DNA from: a virus
Lineage: Duplodnaviria > Caudoviricetes
Direction: 5' to 3' (one strand)
IMG/VR virus record: IMGVR_UViG_3300020592_000003
Location: 1-31,435 of that record
DNA: 31,435 nt
Below, piece after piece: positions 26,284 through 31,435 of the stretch. The notes beneath the pieces were generated by a model. That model ran no database searches. It was not told the origin of the DNA and saw only the letters and a program-made list of their open reading frames with translations. The position numbers and the translations under genes were made by a program. Numbering within the stretch: position 1 is the stretch's first letter; every line of letters begins with the position of its first letter.

Positions 26284-26428
26284 GCCACTTCTGATAAGTG
26301 ATCGCGTGAATTTCCTTGGCCACCGCACGGCACTTCTCGCGTTCATTCTCGGTTGCCTCATACCATTCTTTGCGGTTCACTACGCGGCAGAGCATCTGTA
26401 GCTGCTGCTGGCTCTCACGATACTCCAT
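26252..26428 (-). CDS. Hypothetical protein (58 aa)
   Basis: ATG at 26428 overlapping the end of the Zn-ribbon gene. Confidence 0.5.
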   Translation of the reverse strand: MEYRESQQQLQMLCRVVNRKEWYEATENEREKCRAVAKEIHAITYQKWPTHLVGKTKQ

Positions 26429-26690
26429 TCCGCACCATCCTCTTATGGTAATCGGTCCTGAATCGGGGTGAGACAATCAGCGACCCGCCCTTGTGCCCAC
26501 ATTGCGCGCAGCGGAGTGCTCGTGTGAAGGCATCATTCCCGACAATCATGAAGTCGGACCCAAGCGACTCTTTGAGAGCATCTAAGTCCAGTTCTTCGCG
26601 ATGCATGCAATCGGGGAACCGGCCACAATAGGCCGTGACCACCATGTCATCGTCAATGTGCTCTTGGATGGTTCCGACCGAACAACTCAT
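26415..26690 (-). CDS. Zn-ribbon protein, probably SOS-regulated
   Basis: C.....C.H ... LRCAQCG; upstream promoter contains a LexA box. Confidence 0.75.
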   Translation of the reverse strand: MSCSVGTIQEHIDDDMVVTAYCGRFPDCMHREELDLDALKESLGSDFMIVGNDAFTRALRCAQCGHKGGSLIVSPRFRTDYHKRMVRNGVS

Positions 26691-26696
26691 GCATGG

Positions 26697-26726
26697 ATTA
26701 TGTTCCTAGTCTGTTCTTGGAGTCAA
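26697..26726 (-). promoter_or_regulatory. Promoter TTGACT-N18-CATAAT with alphaproteobacterial LexA box GTTC-N7-GTTC (26702-26716)
   Basis: Exact GTTC-CTAGTCT-GTTC lying across the spacer and abutting the -10; ATG follows the -10 after 6 nt. Confidence 0.8.
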
Positions 26727-26977
26727 CGGCGGTGCCGCTCCTCAATTATCTGCGTTGCCTCTCGCAGGAGGACCTCTTTCATTCCTGGGTCTTTGCATAT
26801 CACGGAGGTGATATAGGCGTACGACTTTTCGCCGTCCTCGTCCTCCTGCTCAACCATTTGCACGAGGACCGCATTGACCGGAAGGTTTGTGCGCATAAGG
26901 CCCGTCTCTGTAGCCACCAAATTCGTGATCTCCATAATCGAGCCGTCCGGGTTCCATTTTATCGACGCTTTGTCCAT
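26723..26977 (-). CDS. Hypothetical protein (84 aa)
   Basis: GGAGG RBS before ATG at 26977. Confidence 0.65.
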   Translation of the reverse strand: MDKASIKWNPDGSIMEITNLVATETGLMRTNLPVNAVLVQMVEQEDEDGEKSYAYITSVICKDPGMKEVLLREATQIIEERHRR

Positions 26978-27025
26978 CTCACCCTCCAAACCACCAAAGC
27001 CCCACCGCTACCACTAGCGCTATCG

Positions 27026-27328
27026 CTAGGTAGATTGGCACGTTTCGTTCGTTGAGCCGCACTGTTCCACAATCCCAATGGCGCGCTTGAGCGTGTCGTT
27101 CTCTTCTTTAAGCTCCCTCGCGCTGTTCTGAAAGCTTTCCAACTTTTCTGTCGCTACTGAAATGGCGCACGACAAGCAGTGCCATGCTCGCTTGTCCATC
27201 TCTACATAGTGACCTCCGCACCGTCTGCATTTCCCCATGTAAGCACCCGGAGCGTACCCGCAGAATGGCCATCTTGCCTCCCCGAGGTCGGCACCGCTTT
27301 TCCATTCGATGTTTTTGAGACCGCCCAT
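27026..27328 (-). CDS. Zn-finger/coiled-coil hypothetical protein (100 aa)
   Basis: GAGG RBS; GYAPG.Y..KC..CG...DKRA..C..CA. Confidence 0.7.
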   Translation of the reverse strand: MGGLKNIEWKSGADLGEARWPFCGYAPGAYMGKCRRCGGHYVEMDKRAWHCLSCAISVATEKLESFQNSARELKEENDTLKRAIGIVEQCGSTNETCQST

Positions 27329-27445
27329 ACTTCCACCTCATGGCGCCGTGAACGAAAAGTAAACATCTGGTGGGAGATTCCGTGGGACTTTTGGTCTGAG
27401 GATCTCCACAACAGTGCGATTGTTCCGTTTTTGTGTCGCTACCCT

Positions 27446-27474
27446 CTTGCGCTCAGGTCGCCGAATCCCTAGAG
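27446..27474 (+). promoter_or_regulatory. Promoter for the reconstituted tRNA: CTTGCG-N17-CTAGAG
   Basis: Resembles the rhizobial sigma70 consensus CTTGAC-N17-CTATAT; 11 nt upstream of the tRNA 5' end. Confidence 0.6.
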
Positions 27475-27485
27475 GAACAACGGCT

Positions 27486-27529
27486 CGGAGCGTAGCGCAG
27501 TCTGGTAGCGCATCTGGTTTGGGACCAGA
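27486..27529 (+). tRNA. 5' half of tRNA-Pro(UGG) (att core, not a complete gene)
   Basis: CGGAGCG TA GCGC AGTCTGGTA GCGC A TCTGG TTTGGGA CCAGA: acceptor 5' strand, D arm and anticodon arm (TGG); no T arm or 3' acceptor follows. Confidence 0.88.
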
Positions 27530-27534
27530 TGTTT

Positions 27535-28623
27535 TCATAACACTTTCTTCTTTTGTTTCAAATCGTTAGAGCCTTTCCGCGACCGTCGCGTGGGATTTTC
27601 CGTGGGAATGGATGCTTCCATCGCGGCACGCAGATCGTCATCCGATACGTGCGCATAGCGCGAGGTGGTCTTAAGGTCTGAATGGCCGAGCAAACGCTGC
27701 GCGAGCTTCAGGTTTCCGGTTTTCCGAACCAGCCTTGTTGCCGCCGTATGGCGGCTGTCGTGGAAACGGAAGTTCTCGACCCCTGACCGCTTTCTAGCTC
27801 GACGCCATTCCGTCTTGAAACCCTCCATCGTAATGGGCCTGATTTTCCCAGCATCCTCGCGTGGCATCTTCGCAGTGTAGGTAAAGACGTGTTCCACGTG
27901 CTTGCCGTGCTCGGTCTTCAGAAGCTCATAGAGGGCTGTTGTCATGGGGATGGTGCGGATCTTATCGCCCTTTCCCTTGACCGTGATGACACGGTTGAAG
28001 AAATCTACATCGCGCCAGCGCAACCCAACGATTTCGGCGCGGCGACACCCTGACAGGATCGCGAAACGGAAGGCTGGGGCATAATCTCCGCGAAACGCCG
28101 CTACCAGCTTGGCCTCTTCCTCCGGCGTAGCTTCTCGAATGCGCTCCTGTGCTTCTTTGAGGAAGTGCTGTTTCCAGTCGATATCCTGGACGGCTTGTTT
28201 CCAAACCTTCTGTGCGCGGCGCAAAATCCCGCGCATGATCTCGTTCACGCTACGGTTGACGGTTGCGTTTGAGACGCCTTCTCCGCGCCGCTTGGCCACC
28301 AGGGAGGCAATTTCGCTATCGGAGATGGACGACAGCAGAGTGGTCTTGCCCAACTGCTCTTGTAGCCAATCAAGCGAGCGAAGCGTATCCACATGGTTCC
28401 TGTGGTGCTTGCCCACCTCTTCCCAATAACGGGCAGCGGCCACAATGAACGTCATCGGGGCGTTCCCGGTGACGGTAAGCTTCTTTACCCGTTCCTTCTC
28501 CCGTGCTTCCCAGCGTTCGGCTTCCCTTTTCGTCGTGCAGCCAGTTGAGCCAGAAAATCGATGGCCACGGTGTTGGAAGTCGTAGCTGTAGGTCTCTTGG
28601 CCTTTGCGCCTATAGACTGACAT
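27535..28623 (-). CDS. int: Tyrosine recombinase (phage integrase)
   Basis: SGCRRAEI, KGK, FHDSRHT, LLGHS, TTSRY catalytic motifs. Confidence 0.96.
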   Translation of the reverse strand: MSVYRRKGQETYSYDFQHRGHRFSGSTGCTTKREAERWEAREKERVKKLTVTGNAPMTFIVAAARYWEEVGKHHRNHVDTLRSLDWLQEQLGKTTLLSSISDSEIASLVAKRRGEGVSNATVNRSVNEIMRGILRRAQKVWKQAVQDIDWKQHFLKEAQERIREATPEEEAKLVAAFRGDYAPAFRFAILSGCRRAEIVGLRWRDVDFFNRVITVKGKGDKIRTIPMTTALYELLKTEHGKHVEHVFTYTAKMPREDAGKIRPITMEGFKTEWRRARKRSGVENFRFHDSRHTAATRLVRKTGNLKLAQRLLGHSDLKTTSRYAHVSDDDLRAAMEASIPTENPTRRSRKGSNDLKQKKKVL

Positions 28624-28799
28624 TTCCGGCTCTCCAAAAACTCCCTTAAATCCTCGGGATCATAGCGCCTGGTTTCGCGCTTCTGCCCGAGACCAATGTT
28701 GATATATCGAATAAGCCCAGCGCAAGTGAGCGCTCGCAATTGCTTCTCGGAGACGCACAATGCCCGCGCCGCCTGCGCCGGGGAAAGCAGTGACGTCAT
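28485..28799 (-). CDS. xis: Excisionase-like HTH protein
   Basis: LLSPAQAARALCVS...G.I.Y...RRY...DL..F; overlaps the int start. Confidence 0.8.
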   Translation of the reverse strand: MTSLLSPAQAARALCVSEKQLRALTCAGLIRYINIGLGQKRETRRYDPEDLREFLESRKCQSIGAKAKRPTATTSNTVAIDFLAQLAARRKGKPNAGKHGRRNG

Positions 28800-29344
28800 T
28801 CTCTCTGCCCCTCCATAGAGCCAGGGGTGAGGGAGCGGATGGCGGCTTCGCTCTCCTGTGCTTTGGCGCGGAGGGTGGTCGCAGCAGTTGTATTAGGGCT
28901 GCCTCTCCCGAAGCGCCCCCTCTTGATGCAATCCTGCGTATTATCCCTATGAGTTCCCCACCTTAAATGATCGGGGTTGCAACATATAGGATTGTCGCAG
29001 GAATGGAGCGCAAGCAGCCCCGAGATGGGGGTGGGCCCCTTAGCTAACTCAAGTGCGTGACGGTGAGCGAGGCGCTGCCGTCTGTGCATTTTGAAGCGAC
29101 CATACCCGGAAGGGTACTTGTTAGCCGTCCAAGGCCAACACTTTTCAGGAGTTCCGATCTCAACTCTCGACCAAAACTCCGCATCAAATTCCCTGTAGCG
29201 CTTATCCCACTTAACCGACTGTGCCCGCTGCGAACTGCATTTTCTGGAGCATGTTCTTCCTCTGCCGCGCTTGTACTCGCAAGCTCGCGCTGTGATAAGT
29301 GTTCCGCACACAGAGCAAGGATTGGTGACGTATTCGCTACGCAT
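28796..29344 (-). CDS. HNH endonuclease
   Basis: C..CG..CSRKC; CWPW, AHR, HSCDNPICCNPDHLRWGT..DN; GGAGG before ATG at 29344. Confidence 0.88.
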   Translation of the reverse strand: MRSEYVTNPCSVCGTLITARACEYKRGRGRTCSRKCSSQRAQSVKWDKRYREFDAEFWSRVEIGTPEKCWPWTANKYPSGYGRFKMHRRQRLAHRHALELAKGPTPISGLLALHSCDNPICCNPDHLRWGTHRDNTQDCIKRGRFGRGSPNTTAATTLRAKAQESEAAIRSLTPGSMEGQRE

Positions 29345-29615
29345 CGCGGCCCTCCATTTTGAGGGCGGCGCGCCCGGCTTCGGATATGACATCGGGAGGC
29401 CCGAACCTCACATGCACGTCTTCGTCGTACGGGGCACTCTCGATGTACCCCATCTCTCGCAACCCGATCGTCTGCTCGTCAGAGAGAAAACCTGTCGGGT
29501 GCTTCGGTGACAGCCACGCCATATCTCCGTCTTGGCTGAAGACCATCTTGTGCCCGTCCGCCATTGCCTGGAGAACGATGCGCTGCGCTTCCGTCAGCCT
29601 ACTCCGCATCGCCAC
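29337..29615 (-). CDS. Hypothetical protein (92 aa, wHTH-like)
   Basis: LTEAQR..L ... I.EAGRAAL pattern common in phage early genes. Confidence 0.7.
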   Translation of the reverse strand: MAMRSRLTEAQRIVLQAMADGHKMVFSQDGDMAWLSPKHPTGFLSDEQTIGLREMGYIESAPYDEDVHVRFGPPDVISEAGRAALKMEGRDA

Positions 29616-30291
29616 CTCCTGCCGTAGGGGCGGCGGGGAGCGCCTGAACCTTTAGATAGCATTCCCCGCAGTAGTGCGAACCAACACCGCCGCGCTCGAA
29701 ATAGACCCCTGCGGGGTTGCCACATCCTTCTGTCGCGCATTCCCGCGTCGGCCCGCTCTGCACCGCCTTCTCCGGCTTGCCTGCCGTGAGGGCGGAGAGG
29801 ATGCGCCGCTCGTAATCGGCTTGCGCGGCCTGTTGCGCGGAGGAAGGCCCCAAATAGGTCCGGCAGTCGTTCTCTGGCTGCCATTCCCACTTGTAGTCAT
29901 CCAGCGTGGCATACCACCCGTCGTCAAATCCTACTTCATAGCGGCCAACGATGCTCTGAGCGTACCACGCCACATGATCATCGATGTATTCAGCCTCCAC
30001 CCACTCCAGCGGCTTGACCTCCACCGGCTCGCTCGGCTGCGGGTCGGGGTGGGTGAGCCGACTTATCGCAGCCCGAATGAGCGCCTTGTTGCCGATGCTC
30101 ACCCCTGACCAGTCAGCTTTTGCCATCGCCCCAGCTATGTCGGCGTCCGCCACCGGCTCCCCGGCATTGGCTTCCGCTCTGGCGAGGGCGGCTTGAACAG
30201 CATCCTTCACTTGGTTGTAAATTGCTGGCTTATCGCTGTCGCGGAATGCAACCCATGCCGCTTCAAAGATGTCTTCGCTGATCTCAACCAT
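29599..30291 (-). CDS. Hypothetical early protein (230 aa, mosaic)
   Basis: VKPLEW ... AQQAAQADYERRILSAL module; C-terminal Cys cluster. Confidence 0.75.
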   Translation of the reverse strand: MVEISEDIFEAAWVAFRDSDKPAIYNQVKDAVQAALARAEANAGEPVADADIAGAMAKADWSGVSIGNKALIRAAISRLTHPDPQPSEPVEVKPLEWVEAEYIDDHVAWYAQSIVGRYEVGFDDGWYATLDDYKWEWQPENDCRTYLGPSSAQQAAQADYERRILSALTAGKPEKAVQSGPTRECATEGCGNPAGVYFERGGVGSHYCGECYLKVQALPAAPTAGGGDAE

Positions 30292-30667
30292 CCCCGCCTC
30301 CCTTCACAAGCGAGCGGGCGCGCGTGATTGCGGCCTCAATCTTTCCGCGGGCCGATGGCGAAACATCACTGTGCGGAAGCCCAGCAAGGCACTCACCAAC
30401 AGTCAGGAAGACCTTTTGAATTGTAGCATCCGCCACGCGCTCCGCGAGCCGGTCGCGCTCAACCAAACGTGCGTGACATTCCTTGGCGTACAGTTCTTTG
30501 AACAGATCCCGCTCCCGCTCCAACGCCGCGTTGCTCTCTAGGAGGGTGCGGAGGGCTGTGGCGGCTTCCTCAACCAGCGTCCCGCTTATGGGTTCGCCCA
30601 TTGTGCGCTGTTCTTCAACATCGGCGTGGAGCCTCTCGATCAGCCCCGCATAGTCTGGTGTGGTCAT
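30284..30667 (-). CDS. Hypothetical early protein (127 aa)
   Basis: Coupled operon; LIERL, EAA.ALR.L coiled coil. Confidence 0.7.
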   Translation of the reverse strand: MTTPDYAGLIERLHADVEEQRTMGEPISGTLVEEAATALRTLLESNAALERERDLFKELYAKECHARLVERDRLAERVADATIQKVFLTVGECLAGLPHSDVSPSARGKIEAAITRARSLVKGGGDG

Positions 30668-30891
30668 GGCTGCGCCTCGTCGTAAGAGAGGATGACCCCT
30701 GGTATCAGGGCCGGTGAATGGCGGTATTCGGTCGCTATCTCCGCCGCCCGCTGGTCGCGAGCCATGAGGGCGCGGGCGATCACGTTGATTTCATAGGTAA
30801 CATCGCCATAATCTTCGGGCAGGTTGCGGAGGACTGTGCCTGCGATTTTCTGCGCCTCCCGCATGGTCTCGTCGGGTATCTTATCGGTCAT
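30664..30891 (-). CDS. Hypothetical protein (75 aa)
   Basis: IP...M..A ... IARALMA...RAA.IA; GAGG RBS. Confidence 0.7.
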   Translation of the reverse strand: MTDKIPDETMREAQKIAGTVLRNLPEDYGDVTYEINVIARALMARDQRAAEIATEYRHSPALIPGVILSYDEAQP

Positions 30892-31285
30892 GGATAACCT
30901 CTCGGGTGAAAGGGTTGCGCCGCTTGGTGAAGTCCATCTTTGGTGGACGCTTTTCTGATTTCGGGGGCGACGGGATCTTCGTCTTGACCTTGGTCTTCAG
31001 GCCCATGAACTGCTGGCGCACGGTCTTGGCTGCTGTCGGAATATCCCGGTGCCGTGTCTTCCAAGCATGGCATTTGGGGCAGACGGCGCGGCAGTTCTCC
31101 AGGCTGTTATCCTTGGAATTGGCGTCGAGAATGTAGTGGTCGTATTCGACGCCAAGGCTCAGATCTGCGGTGCAGCGCTGTCCATCGGGTAGACCATACC
31201 AAGCACCAACAGCCTCGCAGCGCTTGCCGGAGCGCTTGAGAGCAGCCTTGCGGGTCGCGGTGGAGAATTCCTTGCGAGCCATCAT
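30881..31285 (-). CDS. HNH endonuclease (McrA-like)
   Basis: R.EF....R..AL.R...RCE; EYDH; NSLENC.AVC..CH..KT. Confidence 0.85.
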   Translation of the reverse strand: MMARKEFSTATRKAALKRSGKRCEAVGAWYGLPDGQRCTADLSLGVEYDHYILDANSKDNSLENCRAVCPKCHAWKTRHRDIPTAAKTVRQQFMGLKTKVKTKIPSPPKSEKRPPKMDFTKRRNPFTREVIHDR

Positions 31286-31435
31286 CCCGCCCCCTGACAA
31301 ACAAGGGCCTCGTATTCTGCGGCCCTACGGAGAAGAACATCGGCGTGACAAGGAGACCCCGGCTTGCACCAGCAGGCAAGGTTTTTGCCGATCAAGGGTT
31401 TGATCCACTGGGCGTATTGTTCTGGGTGAAAGCAC
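31282..31435 (-). CDS. DUF4326-like protein, 5'-truncated by the window edge
   Basis: Own translation ...LIGKNLACWCKPGSPCHADVLL...; ATGA overlap with the next gene. Confidence 0.75.
   Translation of the reverse strand, partial: CFHPEQYAQWIKPLIGKNLACWCKPGSPCHADVLLRRAAEYEALVCQGAG

Larger units (their letters stand above)
27370..27607. mobile_element. attP region: tRNA-derived core, arm-type repeats and IHF-like site
   Basis: GTGGGAgaTTCCGTGGGA (27370-27387) and GTGGGAttTTCCGTGGGA (27590-27607) flank the core; TTTCAAatcgTTA (27556-27568) is one mismatch from WATCAANNNNTTR; adjacent to the int stop. Confidence 0.8.

Noticed and set aside
27014-27029. Hairpin CTAGCG-CTAT-CGCTAG as a terminator
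   Set aside because: Short stem with no T-tract on either strand.
27422-27436. Second LexA box near attP
   Set aside because: GTTC-N7-GTGT has two mismatches in the second half-site.
27486-27529. Complete functional tRNA-Pro gene
   Set aside because: Similarity stops after the anticodon stem; there is no T arm.
31340-31380. Frameshift in the DUF4326-like gene
   Set aside because: Recounting the CCCC run shows CWCKPGSPCHADVLL is in a single frame.

Overview
Most of a temperate, short-tailed (T7-like virion module) phage genome, probably of an alphaproteobacterial (Rhizobiales-like) host. The + strand carries small late genes, terS/terL, a GNAT-fold gp13-like gene, portal, scaffold, major capsid, an HNH insert, tail tubular A/B, three internal virion (ejection) proteins, a beta-helix tailspike, an FkbM-type methyltransferase, a GH108 lysis cassette and a protease/metallophosphoesterase/DUF3310-like cluster. 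The - strand carries a tyrosine integrase, an excisionase, HNH genes and small early genes. The att site has phage genes on both sides (attP configuration) and contains a promoter plus the 5' half of tRNA-Pro(UGG). The most unusual signal is non-coding: several closed multi-hairpin RNA-like elements. Two tandem cassettes (330-521, 603-700) share the same closing helix and a 20-bp repeat. A third (22678-22775, - strand) shares an AGT[A/T]GCGC T-loop-like hairpin with the first, suggesting a family of non-canonical tRNA-like phage RNAs. Also found: a covarying leader motif shared by the capsid and tailspike genes, and a LexA-boxed, apparently leaderless Zn-ribbon gene. All calls come from reading the sequence and recalled protein motifs; no searches were run.
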